From Burkholderiales bacterium (GTDB taxonomy: Bacteria > Pseudomonadota > Gammaproteobacteria > Burkholderiales > Ga0077523), in assembly GCA_038324085.1 (NCBI GenBank), contig JBBQHP010000003.1, positions 64,720-128,719 on the forward strand: a DNA stretch of 64,000 nt. The letters run 5' to 3'. The notes under the pieces were generated by a model. That model saw nothing but the letters and a program-made list of their open reading frames with translations, made no database searches and was not told the origin of the DNA. The position numbers and the translations under genes are program-made. This document shows, in pieces, positions 19,663-28,141 of the stretch; the stretch's first letter is position 1, and every line of letters begins with the position of its first letter.

Positions 19663-19687
19663 CACTCACAATCCAAGGAGACACCGC

Positions 19688-20584
19688 ATGGACGCCATGA
19701 TGCGAGTCGAACAGGCCCTGGCCCTGGCCATCGAGCAGAATCTTGCAGCGGCGGTCGCGCAGACCGAGGCGCCCGGGTCCCCGCCCCGATTGGCACAGGC
19801 GCTCCGTTACGCCGTGTTCCCCGGCGGCGCACGAGTGCGGCCCCGCCTGTGTCTGGCGGTGGCCTGCGCCTGCAGCGAGGACGACACGGGAGTCGCCGAC
19901 GCCGCCGCCGCCGCCATCGAACTGCTCCATTGCGCATCGCTGATCCATGATGATCTGCCGTGTTTCGACGACGCGCCGACCCGGCGCGGCAAGCCGTCCG
20001 TGCACCGTGCCTTCGGTGAGCGCCTCGCAGTGCTCGCGGGCGATGCCTTGATCGTACTGGCGTTTCAGACGCTCGCGCGCGGCGTCTCGACCTCGCCCCA
20101 TCGGCTTGCGCCCCTGGTCATGATCATCAGCCGAGCGGTCGGGATGCCCATGGGCATCGTCGCCGGGCAGGCCTGGGAATGCGAACCGCATGTGGGGCTC
20201 GCCGACTACCAGCGGGCAAAGACGGGATCGCTGTTTGCCGCCGCCACGGTGGCGGGCGCGACGGCCGCCGGATTTCCCGAACCGGGACAGTGGCGCACCC
20301 TCGGCGAATGTCTGGGCGAAGCCTTCCAGGTGGCCGACGATCTGCGCGACGTGGTCTCCGATCCCATCGAGCTGGGCAAACCGACCGGACGCGACGCGGC
20401 CCTCGGGCGACCGAGCGCCGTGCACGACCTCGGCATGAGCGGGGCGCAGGAGCGCTTCGAGTATCTCGTGGCGACTGCGGTCGATTCGATTCCCGCGTGC
20501 TCCGGGGCGGAGGGACTGCGCGCGCTGATCACCGCCCAGGCCGGGCGCTTCCTGCCCAAGGAGCTGGTCCGCCGCGCGGCCTGA
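19688..20584 (+). CDS. crtE: geranylgeranyl diphosphate synthase
   Basis: ATG 19688, preceded by AAGGAG, within ORF 19616..20584. Contains FARM LIHDDLPCFDD and SARM FQVADDLRD. Confidence 0.9.
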   Translation: MDAMMRVEQALALAIEQNLAAAVAQTEAPGSPPRLAQALRYAVFPGGARVRPRLCLAVACACSEDDTGVADAAAAAIELLHCASLIHDDLPCFDDAPTRRGKPSVHRAFGERLAVLAGDALIVLAFQTLARGVSTSPHRLAPLVMIISRAVGMPMGIVAGQAWECEPHVGLADYQRAKTGSLFAAATVAGATAAGFPEPGQWRTLGECLGEAFQVADDLRDVVSDPIELGKPTGRDAALGRPSAVHDLGMSGAQERFEYLVATAVDSIPACSGAEGLRALITAQAGRFLPKELVRRAA

Positions 20585-20665
20585 GGGTGCGAGTCCTCGC
20601 TCTCATCGTTCACGTGATCCGTCCTTGCGGCGTCCAGCACAGGTGGGCGAGCGAGAGGGGGCGGA

Positions 20666-21964
20666 TTGCGCAGCGGAGGGACGCCAGTGCAGGCGCTCGA
20701 TCGAAATCACTTCGCGGTCTTGCACGCCGTCCGGCGCCTCGCCGGCCGACGGCGGATCACGTTCAGCCGGGCTCACGCTGAGGCGCCCGACGGTTCGGCG
20801 GCGCGTACGACACGAGTGGACGCGACGTTGACATGGTTGGAACGCTGGCTCGCGCAACGCGACCGATTGCTCGCGAATCCGCGCTTCCGGCGCTGGGCGG
20901 CGGCGTTCCCGTTCACCCGTCCGATCGCCCGACGCCGCGCCCGTGAACTGTTCGACCTGTGCGCAGGCTTTGTCTACACCCAGGTGCTGCTCACATGCGT
21001 GCGCCTCGATCTGTTCGAGAAGCTCGCCGCCGGCCCACACAGCGCCGCCGCGTTGGCGACGAAACTGGGTTTGTCTGCGGACGCGACCTCCCGTCTGATG
21101 GCGGCCGCCATTTCGCTTCGATTGGTGGAACGGCGGGGAGACCGCTTCGCCCTCGGGCCTCTCGGCGCGCCCATGGTCGGCAATGCCGCGATCGTCGCGA
21201 TGGTCGAGCACCATGCGTTGTTGTACGCCGATCTGCACGATCCAGTGGCCCTGCTGCGCGGCGCAGGCCCGCGGACAGGGCTGGCGCAATACTGGTCGTA
21301 CGCCAATGCCGAGCGACCGGACGAACTGGAAGCGGAACGGGTGGGCGCGTACACGCGACTGATGTCCGCTTCGCAAACCCTGGTTGCCGACGAGATCCTC
21401 GATGCCTATCCCATGCGGAGGCACCGTTGCCTGCTGGACGTCGGCGGCGGAGACGGGACTTTCCTGCTTGCGGCCGCAGCGCGCTCGCCCACGCTTCGCG
21501 TGACGCTCTTCGACCTGCCGGCCGTTGCCGAACGGGCACGAGCCCGGTTCGCCGCCGCCGGAATCGCCGATCGTGCGCGCGCCGTGGGCGGCAATTTTCA
21601 CGCCGAGCCCCTGCCCTCGGGCGCAGACATCGTCGCGTTGGTCAGGGTCATCCACGATCACAACGACACCGAGGCGCTGGCCCTGCTTCGCGCTGCGCGC
21701 CGGGCCCTGCCTCCGGGCGGAACCCTGTTGCTGGCGGAACCCATGGCGGATACCCCCGGGGCCGAGGCGATGGGCGGCGCCTACTTCGGTTTCTACCTGC
21801 TGGCAATGGGCCAGGGGCGGCCCCGGACGCCGTCGGAGCTCGGGGGAATGCTGCATGCAGCCGGCTTCGGGCGGATCCGTCCGGTGGCGACGCATCTGCC
21901 GCTGCAGACCCGTTTGCTGGTCGCGCAGGCCATGACCGATCGACATACTGTTAAGAAGTATTGA
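20666..21964 (+). CDS. crtF: hydroxyneurosporene O-methyltransferase
   Basis: Contains LANPRFRRWAAAFPFTRPIARRRA, the SAM motif LLDVGGGDGTF and LLLAEPM. The start is uncertain: GTG 20816 is an alternative to 20666. Confidence 0.85.
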   Translation: MRSGGTPVQALDRNHFAVLHAVRRLAGRRRITFSRAHAEAPDGSAARTTRVDATLTWLERWLAQRDRLLANPRFRRWAAAFPFTRPIARRRARELFDLCAGFVYTQVLLTCVRLDLFEKLAAGPHSAAALATKLGLSADATSRLMAAAISLRLVERRGDRFALGPLGAPMVGNAAIVAMVEHHALLYADLHDPVALLRGAGPRTGLAQYWSYANAERPDELEAERVGAYTRLMSASQTLVADEILDAYPMRRHRCLLDVGGGDGTFLLAAAARSPTLRVTLFDLPAVAERARARFAAAGIADRARAVGGNFHAEPLPSGADIVALVRVIHDHNDTEALALLRAARRALPPGGTLLLAEPMADTPGAEAMGGAYFGFYLLAMGQGRPRTPSELGGMLHAAGFGRIRPVATHLPLQTRLLVAQAMTDRHTVKKY

Positions 21965-21992
21965 CACTTCTATGAGTACGAGTAGACTGACA
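21949..21992 (+). promoter_or_regulatory. bchC promoter with PpsR/CrtJ-type operator
   Basis: Perfect TGT-N12-ACA at 21949..21966, overlapping the crtF stop and containing -35 TTGACA (21961..21966). 16 nt separate it from -10 TAGACT (21983..21988). A one-mismatch AGT-N12-ACA at 21975..21992 lies over the -10. Confidence 0.6.
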
Positions 21993-22042
21993 TTCATGGA
22001 CACTCAGCAATACACGGCGGGCTCGAACCCGGGCCCGACACA

Positions 22043-22996
22043 ATGAGTCCTGCGTTGAACACGTTGGCCGTTGTTCTCCAGGCGCCCGAGCAACTGGTAT
22101 TGAGCCGGCTACCCTTGACCGCCCCGGAAGAGAACGACGTCGTCGTCGATATCGAATGGAGCGGCATCAGCACTGGGACCGAGCGGCTGCTCTGGTCCGG
22201 GCGCATGCCGCAATTTCCGGGAATGGGCTATCCGCTCGTGCCGGGATACGAATCGGTCGGCCGCATCTCGGCCGTCGGCGCCCGAGCCAACGCGCAGGTG
22301 GGCGATCGCGTCTTCGTGCCGGGCGCCCGTTGCTTCGGCGACGTGCGCGGTTTGTTCGGCGGCGCCGCGGCGCGTCTGGTCGTTCCCGGAGACAAGGCCG
22401 TGCGCTTCGATGAAAGCCTGGGCGAACGCGGCGTCCTGCTGGCACTCGCAGCAACTGCATTTCACGCCGCGGCAGCCGAAGGAGCGGATCAACCCGACCT
22501 CATCGTCGGTCACGGTGTGCTCGGTCGTCTTCTGGCCCGGCTCGCCGTGGTCGCCGGCACCGAGCCACCGGTGGTGTGGGAGCGCAATCCCGATCGCGCG
22601 GCCGGCGCAGAAGGCTACCGCGTACTCGATCCGGCCGACGATCCGCGGCGCGACTATCGAGCCATATACGATGTCAGCGGCGATCCATCCCTGCTCGACA
22701 CTCTCATCGCTCGCCTCGCTCCCCGAGGCGAGATCGTACTTGCCGGGTTCTACAGTGAGCCGCTCGCGTTCACTTTCCCGCCCGCGTTCATGCGCGAGGC
22801 GCGCATCCGCGTCGCCGCCGAATGGCGCGAATCCGACCTCGTCGCGGTCAAGGCGCTGGCCGAATCCGGCCAGCTGTCCCTCGATGGTCTGATCACCCAT
22901 CGCTGCGAAGCCGGGGACGCCGATGCTGCCTATCGCACTGCGTTCAGCGATCCCGCCTGCCTCAAGATGATTCTCGACTGGAGATCCACGTCATGA
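22043..22996 (+). CDS. bchC: 3-hydroxyethyl bacteriochlorophyllide a dehydrogenase
   Basis: 317-aa ORF, MDR-family, containing VVVDIEWSGISTGTERLLWSGRMPQFPGMGYPLVPGYESVGRI. Confidence 0.95.
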   Translation: MSPALNTLAVVLQAPEQLVLSRLPLTAPEENDVVVDIEWSGISTGTERLLWSGRMPQFPGMGYPLVPGYESVGRISAVGARANAQVGDRVFVPGARCFGDVRGLFGGAAARLVVPGDKAVRFDESLGERGVLLALAATAFHAAAAEGADQPDLIVGHGVLGRLLARLAVVAGTEPPVVWERNPDRAAGAEGYRVLDPADDPRRDYRAIYDVSGDPSLLDTLIARLAPRGEIVLAGFYSEPLAFTFPPAFMREARIRVAAEWRESDLVAVKALAESGQLSLDGLITHRCEAGDADAAYRTAFSDPACLKMILDWRSTS

Positions 22997-24012
22997 CCTC
23001 GCTCGCCGGCAATTCCATCGCGGAACCGATCCGGTTCAGTCAGCGTGAGACCTTGCGCGCCGAAGCCGCGATCGAGCCCGATCCGGTCCCGACCGCGGCG
23101 CCCACCAAGACCACGCAGATCATCGCGATCTACGGCAAGGGCGGCATCGGCAAGAGTTTCACCCTCGCCAATCTGTCGTACATGATGGCGCAACAGGGCA
23201 AGAAGGTACTGCTGATCGGCTGCGACCCGAAGAGCGACACCACCAGCCTGCTGTTCGGCGGCAAGGCGTGCCCGACGATCATCGAGACCTCGTCGAAGAA
23301 AAAGCTGGCCGGCGAGCACGTCGCCATCGGTGATGTCTGCTTCAAGCGCGACGGCGTGTTCGCGATGGAGCTCGGTGGGCCCGAAGTGGGTCGCGGCTGT
23401 GGCGGCCGCGGCATCATCCACGGTTTCGAGACGCTGGAGAAACTCGGCTTTCACGACTGGGGCTTCGACTACGTGCTGCTCGATTTCCTCGGCGACGTCG
23501 TCTGCGGCGGCTTCGGCCTGCCGATCGCACGCGACATGTGCCAGAAGGTGATCGTGGTCGGATCGAACGACCTGCAGTCGCTGTACGTCGCGAACAATGT
23601 CTGTTCGGCCGTCGAGTACTTTCGCAAGCTGGGCGGCAATGTCGGCGTCGCCGGACTGGTCATCAACAAGGACGACGGCACCGGCGAGGCCCAGGCGTTC
23701 GCCGAACACGTCGGCATTCCCGTACTGGCGGCGATCCCCGCGAACGAGGACATCCGGCGCAAGAGCGCCAACTACGAGATCATCGGCCGGCCGGGAGGCC
23801 AGTGGGCGGCGGTGTTCGAGGAACTCGCGACCAACGTCGCGGAAGCGCCGCCGCTGCGGCCCACGCCGCTCTCGCAGGATGGTCTGCTCGGGTTGTTCTC
23901 CGGCGACGCGGTCGGGCGCAACGTGGTGCTCGAACCCGCGACCCTCTTCGACATGGTCGGCAGAAGCGAAATCGAGCACAAGTCGCTCGAGGTCGTCTAC
24001 GACGCAGCGTGA
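22993..24012 (+). CDS. bchX: chlorophyllide a reductase iron protein subunit X
   Basis: ATG 22993 (ATGA overlap with the bchC stop) within ORF 22822..24012. Contains [29 protein letters not shown] and CGGFGLP. Confidence 0.95.
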   Translation: MTSLAGNSIAEPIRFSQRETLRAEAAIEPDPVPTAAPTKTTQIIAIYGKGGIGKSFTLANLSYMMAQQGKKVLLIGCDPKSDTTSLLFGGKACPTIIETSSKKKLAGEHVAIGDVCFKRDGVFAMELGGPEVGRGCGGRGIIHGFETLEKLGFHDWGFDYVLLDFLGDVVCGGFGLPIARDMCQKVIVVGSNDLQSLYVANNVCSAVEYFRKLGGNVGVAGLVINKDDGTGEAQAFAEHVGIPVLAAIPANEDIRRKSANYEIIGRPGGQWAAVFEELATNVAEAPPLRPTPLSQDGLLGLFSGDAVGRNVVLEPATLFDMVGRSEIEHKSLEVVYDAA

Positions 24013-24016
24013 TGCG

Positions 24017-25690
24017 ATGAACGCGAAGACTCCGTCCGAACTGCTGACGCCCGCGCCCGGCGCAGAAATCGTCTACGACGGCGCCGGCGCCGCGCCGATG
24101 ACGAACGACGGCGACCGCGCATCATCCGAAAGAAGGACCATTCCCATCGCGGTCGCGGGTGCGGCCGCGAACCCACCCACTGTCGCCGCCGAGGCGTCCC
24201 TGGTGGACTCCGGTGATGGTACCGGCTGCCATTCCGGCAAGGAGCAGATGCTGGCTGCGGCATCGGTGTCTGCCAACAGCGCGACATTGCAGCGCTATGC
24301 GGCCGACTATCCGCTGGGCCCCCATGACCAGCCCCAGAGCATGTGCCCGGCGTTCGGCAGCCTCAGAGTGGGCCTGCGCATGCGGCGCACGGCCACCGTG
24401 CTGTCGGGCTCGGCCTGTTGCGTATACGGACTTACCTTCACGTCGCATTTCTATGGCGCCAAGCGCAGCGTCGGCTACGTGCCGTTCAATTCCGAGACGC
24501 TGGTCACCGGCAAGCTGTTCGAGGATATCCGGGAAGCCGTGTTCAAGCTGGCCGACCCGGCGCTCTACGACGTCGTGGTGGTGACGAACCTGTGCGTCCC
24601 GACGGCCTCCGGCGTGCCGTTGCGCCTGTTGCCGAAGGAGATCAACGGCGTGCGCATCATCGGCATCGACGTGCCCGGCTTCGGCGTGCCGACCCACGCC
24701 GAAGCCAAGGACGTCCTTGCCGGCGCGATGCTGCACTACGCGCGGACCGAGGCCGAACAAGGTCCCGTTGCGGCGCCGCGCAACGGCGTCAGCGACCGGC
24801 CCACAGTGACCTTCCTGGGTGAGATGTTTCCCGCCGATCCGGTCGGCATCGGCATGATGCTCGAGCCCCTCGGGCTCGCAGCCGGCCCGGTCGTGCCGAC
24901 GCGCGAATGGCGCGAGCTTTATGCGGCACTCGATTGCGCCGCCGTGGCCGCCATCCATCCTTTCTACACCGCATCGATGCGCGAATTCGAAGCCGCGGGC
25001 AGATCCATCGTCGGATCGGCTCCCGTGGGCTACGACGGCACTGCGGCATGGCTCGATGCGATCGGCGCTGCATGCGGTGTCGCGCGCGACAAGGTGGACG
25101 CCGCCAAGAACAAGGTCCTCCCGGCGATCCGTGGCGCGCTGGAGCGAATGCCGATCAAGGGCAGGGTGACGCTGTCGGGATACGAAGGCTCCGAATTGCT
25201 GGTGGCGCGGCTGCTCATCGACAGCGGGGCAGACGTGCGCTACGTGGGCACGGCTTGCCCGCGCACACGCTGGTCCGACCCGGATCGCGAATGGCTGGAA
25301 GCGAAGGGCGTGCGCGTCCAGTACCGCGCCTCGCTCGAGCAGGATCTCGCGGCCATGGCGGAGTTCGAACCTGATCTCGCGATCGGCACCACGCCCGTGG
25401 TCCAGGCGGCCAAGGAGCGCGCGATTCCAGGTCTGTATTTCACCAACCTCATCTCGGCTCGCCCGTTGATGGGTGTCGCCGGTGCCGGCTCTCTCGCCCA
25501 GGTGATCGGCGGCGCACTTGCGAACAAGGCCCGCTTCGACACGATGCAGGAATTCTTCACCGGCGTCGGCGAAGGGTTCTCCGCCGGCATCTGGGAAGAT
25601 GTGCCGAAGGATCGGCCGGAGTTCCGCGCCGCGTATCGCAAGCAACTCGACAAGCTTGCCCGGAAAAGCAAGACGGAGGAGCCCGTCTGA
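24017..25690 (+). CDS. bchY: chlorophyllide a reductase subunit Y
   Basis: ATG 24017 within ORF 23597..25690. Contains [48 protein letters not shown]. The roughly 68-aa Ala/Gly/Pro-rich N-terminus makes the exact start uncertain. Confidence 0.9.
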   Translation: MNAKTPSELLTPAPGAEIVYDGAGAAPMTNDGDRASSERRTIPIAVAGAAANPPTVAAEASLVDSGDGTGCHSGKEQMLAAASVSANSATLQRYAADYPLGPHDQPQSMCPAFGSLRVGLRMRRTATVLSGSACCVYGLTFTSHFYGAKRSVGYVPFNSETLVTGKLFEDIREAVFKLADPALYDVVVVTNLCVPTASGVPLRLLPKEINGVRIIGIDVPGFGVPTHAEAKDVLAGAMLHYARTEAEQGPVAAPRNGVSDRPTVTFLGEMFPADPVGIGMMLEPLGLAAGPVVPTREWRELYAALDCAAVAAIHPFYTASMREFEAAGRSIVGSAPVGYDGTAAWLDAIGAACGVARDKVDAAKNKVLPAIRGALERMPIKGRVTLSGYEGSELLVARLLIDSGADVRYVGTACPRTRWSDPDREWLEAKGVRVQYRASLEQDLAAMAEFEPDLAIGTTPVVQAAKERAIPGLYFTNLISARPLMGVAGAGSLAQVIGGALANKARFDTMQEFFTGVGEGFSAGIWEDVPKDRPEFRAAYRKQLDKLARKSKTEEPV

Positions 25691-25821
25691 TGGCCGGTCA
25701 GTCCCTCATGCACGGAAACGGTGGCGCGCAGCCGACGTTCGCCACGTTCCGATTCCCGCTTACGACGAACGCGCGCGCTCGGCGCGCCGAGGCCACCGAT
25801 CTGGGGAGCGCGACGTGCTAG
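25690..25821 (+). CDS. candidate 43-aa ORF bridging bchY and bchZ
   Basis: The ATG overlaps the bchY TGA (TGATG) and the TAG lies 4 nt into bchZ. Translation: [43 protein letters not shown]. Hand counts give GC3 about 84% against GC1 63% and GC2 65%. I recognised no family. Confidence 0.25.
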   Translation: MAGQSLMHGNGGAQPTFATFRFPLTTNARARRAEATDLGSATC

Positions 25822-27269
25822 TCAACGATCACGATCGCGCGGGCGGATACTGGGGCGCGGTCTACGTTTTCACCGCGCTGAAGGGGTTGCAGGTCATCAT
25901 CGACGGTCCCGTCGGTTGCGAGAACCTCCCGGTGACGTCGGTGCTGCACTACACCGATGCGCTGCCGCCGCACGAGTTGCCGATCGTGGTCACGGGCCTG
26001 GGCGAAGAAGAACTCGGACAGCACGGCACCGAAGGCGCGATGAAGCGCGCGCACAAGGTGCTCGATCCGGACCAGCCCGCGGTGGTGGTGACGGGGTCCA
26101 TCGCCGAGATGATCGGCGGCGGCGTGACGCCCGAGGGCACCAACATCAAACGCTTCCTGCCCCGCACCATCGACGAGGACCAGTGGCAAAGCGCCAATCG
26201 CGCGCTCTTCTGGCTCTGGAGCGAGTACGGCCTGAAGAAGATCCCGGCGCACAAAGCGCGCGCGCCGCAAGAGAAGCCGAGAGTGAACATCGTCGGGCCG
26301 AGCTACGGCTACTTCAACATGCCATCCGACCTCGCGGAGATGCGCCGCCTGGTCGAAGGCATCGGCGCCGAAGTGAACATGGTATTCCCGCTCGGCAGCC
26401 ACATCGCGGATGTGGCGAAGCTCGCGAACGCCGACGTCAACGTCTGCATGTACCGCGAATTCGGCAGGATGCTGTGCGAGGCGCTGGAGCGTCCCTACCT
26501 CCAGGCGCCGATCGGCCTGCACAGCACGACGAAGTTCCTGCGCACGCTGGGTGATCTGCTCGGCCTCGATCCCGAGCCGTTCATCGAGCGCGAAAAGCAC
26601 ACGACCATCAAGCCGCTGTGGGATCTGTGGCGCTCGGTGACGCAGGATTTCTTCGGCACGGCGAGCTTCGCCATCGTCGCCAACGAAACCTATGCCCGAG
26701 GCATTCGTCATTTCCTCGAAACCGAGATGGGCCTGCCGTGCGCCTTTTCGTTTGCGCGCCGCCCCGGCGTCAAGCCCGACAACGATGCGGTGCGCCAGGC
26801 GCTGAAGGACAAGCCGCCGCTGGTCCTGTTCGGCAGCTACAACGAGCGGATGTACTCGGCGGAACTGGGCGGGCGTTCGATGTACATCCCGGCATCCTTT
26901 CCCGGCGCCATCATCCGGCGGCACACCGGTACGCCGTTCATGGGTTACGGCGGTGCCACCTACCTCGTGCAGGAAGTGTGCAACGCGCTGTTCGATGCGC
27001 TGTTCAACATCCTTCCGCTCGGCACCGATCTCGATCGGGTGGACGCGACGCCGGCCCGGCTCGCGCCCGCGGGCGAACTGCCGTGGGACGCGGAAGCGCA
27101 CCAATTGCTGGCGCGGCTGGTCGAGACCCAGCCGGTTCTGGTGCAGATCTCCGCTGCCAAGAGAATTCGCGACCTCGCCGAGCGCGATGCCCGCAGCGCG
27201 GGAGAAATGCGCGTCACACAGGAACGGGTCGCGCGTTCCCGCACCGCGATCGAAGGAGCCATGGCATGA
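25815..27269 (+). CDS. bchZ: chlorophyllide a reductase subunit Z
   Basis: GTG 25815 (GGGGAG upstream) within ORF 25518..27269 gives [62 protein letters not shown], matching the N-terminus I remember for BchZ. Confidence 0.9.
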   Translation: MLVNDHDRAGGYWGAVYVFTALKGLQVIIDGPVGCENLPVTSVLHYTDALPPHELPIVVTGLGEEELGQHGTEGAMKRAHKVLDPDQPAVVVTGSIAEMIGGGVTPEGTNIKRFLPRTIDEDQWQSANRALFWLWSEYGLKKIPAHKARAPQEKPRVNIVGPSYGYFNMPSDLAEMRRLVEGIGAEVNMVFPLGSHIADVAKLANADVNVCMYREFGRMLCEALERPYLQAPIGLHSTTKFLRTLGDLLGLDPEPFIEREKHTTIKPLWDLWRSVTQDFFGTASFAIVANETYARGIRHFLETEMGLPCAFSFARRPGVKPDNDAVRQALKDKPPLVLFGSYNERMYSAELGGRSMYIPASFPGAIIRRHTGTPFMGYGGATYLVQEVCNALFDALFNILPLGTDLDRVDATPARLAPAGELPWDAEAHQLLARLVETQPVLVQISAAKRIRDLAERDARSAGEMRVTQERVARSRTAIEGAMA

Positions 27270-27338
27270 ACACTACGCCGCGCTCCGCAGTGAACGAATT
27301 CAAGGTTTCGCCCGGTCGTGTCGGGCGGAAAGTGCGTC

Positions 27339-27358
27339 GTGACGCCTGTCTGCGTCAC
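27339..27358 (+). other. hairpin in the bchZ-pufB leader
   Basis: GTGACGC-ctgtct-GCGTCAC, extendable to about 11 bp using flanking cgtc/ggcg. It lies 65 nt upstream of pufB. Confidence 0.4.
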
Positions 27359-27422
27359 GGCGGTTCCCGCCGCGGGCAGTTTCTGCGGCAACGGCCGGAA
27401 GGCCTATCTGGAGGCTAGTTAT

Positions 27423-27575
27423 ATGGCTGACATGCAAAGAAGCGGCTCGCTGTCGGGGCTGACGGAGGACGAAGCCAAGCAGTTTCACGGCATCTTCGTG
27501 ACCAGCTTCATCGTGTTCACGGTGATCGCAATCGTCGCGCACATCCTGGCGTGGAGCTGGCGCCCCTGGTTGTAA
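27423..27575 (+). CDS. pufB: light-harvesting 1 beta polypeptide
   Basis: ATG 27423 (GGAGG upstream) gives [50 protein letters not shown]. It has the canonical beta motifs, including AH..AW.WRPW. Confidence 0.9.
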   Translation: MADMQRSGSLSGLTEDEAKQFHGIFVTSFIVFTVIAIVAHILAWSWRPWL

Positions 27576-27604
27576 CCGGGCGCTGCCTCGAGGAGGGCTC
27601 GCAA

Positions 27605-27829
27605 ATGTCTGACGGACGAAACCAATCGCTACCGGCGCTCGCGCAGAACGGGTCGAACGGGTTCGGCGTCATCTTCTTGTCGAGCTTCATCGTCTTTCTG
27701 CTGGTGGCGCTGTTCGCGCAGACATTCGCGCTGCAGTGGCGGACCTGGTTTCCCGGGGCCGAGGGGGAAAGGTCGATGATCGGAGGCGTGAAGACGGCGG
27801 TCTACACCTTTATGTCGCATCTGTCATAG
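27605..27829 (+). CDS. LH1 beta-like paralogue lacking the BChl-ligating His, with a C-terminal extension
   Basis: ATG 27605, 7 nt after GAGGAGGG, gives MSDGRNQSLPALAQNGSNGFGVIFLSSFIVFLLVALFAQTFALQWRTWFPGAEGERSMIGGVKTAVYTFMSHLS. It aligns gap-free with PufB residues 21-50 (14/30 identical). GC3 is about 82%. The stop lies inside the pufA SD. Confidence 0.6.
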   Translation: MSDGRNQSLPALAQNGSNGFGVIFLSSFIVFLLVALFAQTFALQWRTWFPGAEGERSMIGGVKTAVYTFMSHLS

Positions 27830-27841
27830 GAGACGAGAAAC

Positions 27842-28024
27842 ATGTGGAGAATCTGGCTTCTGTTCGATCCGCGCAGGTCGTTGGTTGCGCTGTTCACGTT
27901 CCTGTTCGTGCTGGCGTTGCTGATCCATTTCATTCTGTTGAGCAGCGACAAGTACAACTGGATCGAGGGTTCGAAGGCGCACGGCGGCGGAACACCGCCC
28001 GCGGTGCCGGCGGCCCAGAAATAG
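27842..28024 (+). CDS. pufA: light-harvesting 1 alpha polypeptide
   Basis: [43 protein letters not shown]... carries the canonical alpha motifs IW..FDPRR and A..IH..LLS....NW. AGGAGA SD. Confidence 0.9.
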   Translation: MWRIWLLFDPRRSLVALFTFLFVLALLIHFILLSSDKYNWIEGSKAHGGGTPPAVPAAQK

Positions 28025-28042
28025 CCTGTTCGCGCTCGCAAA

Positions 28043-28088
28043 GGGTGGCGGACGGACGGGAGTCGATACTCTCACGCGTCCGCTGCCC
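28043..28088 (+). other. intercistronic pufA-pufL stem-loop
   Basis: The outer 12-bp stem pairs 28043..28054 with 28077..28088 (two G-U pairs). There is a 3x3 internal loop. The inner 6-bp stem pairs 28058..28063 with 28068..28073 around the CGAT tetraloop. Confidence 0.6.
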
Positions 28089-28141
28089 TGAGTGCCTAGA
28101 CGAGTCGGCCCGCCAAGGGGCGCCCGAAGGAGGAGGCAGCG

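Noticed and set aside
24017-24220. A 68-residue Ala/Gly/Pro-rich N-terminal extension of BchY
   Set aside because: In-frame ATGs downstream (for example 24098) could be the real start. I cannot distinguish an extension from start-codon over-calling without homologue alignment.
27266-27418. 50-codon ORF in the pufQ position ([25 protein letters not shown]...), with an ATGA overlap on the bchZ stop
   Set aside because: GC3 is only about 64% by hand count. There is no hydrophobic segment, whereas PufQ is a membrane protein. The sequence is dominated by a hairpin.
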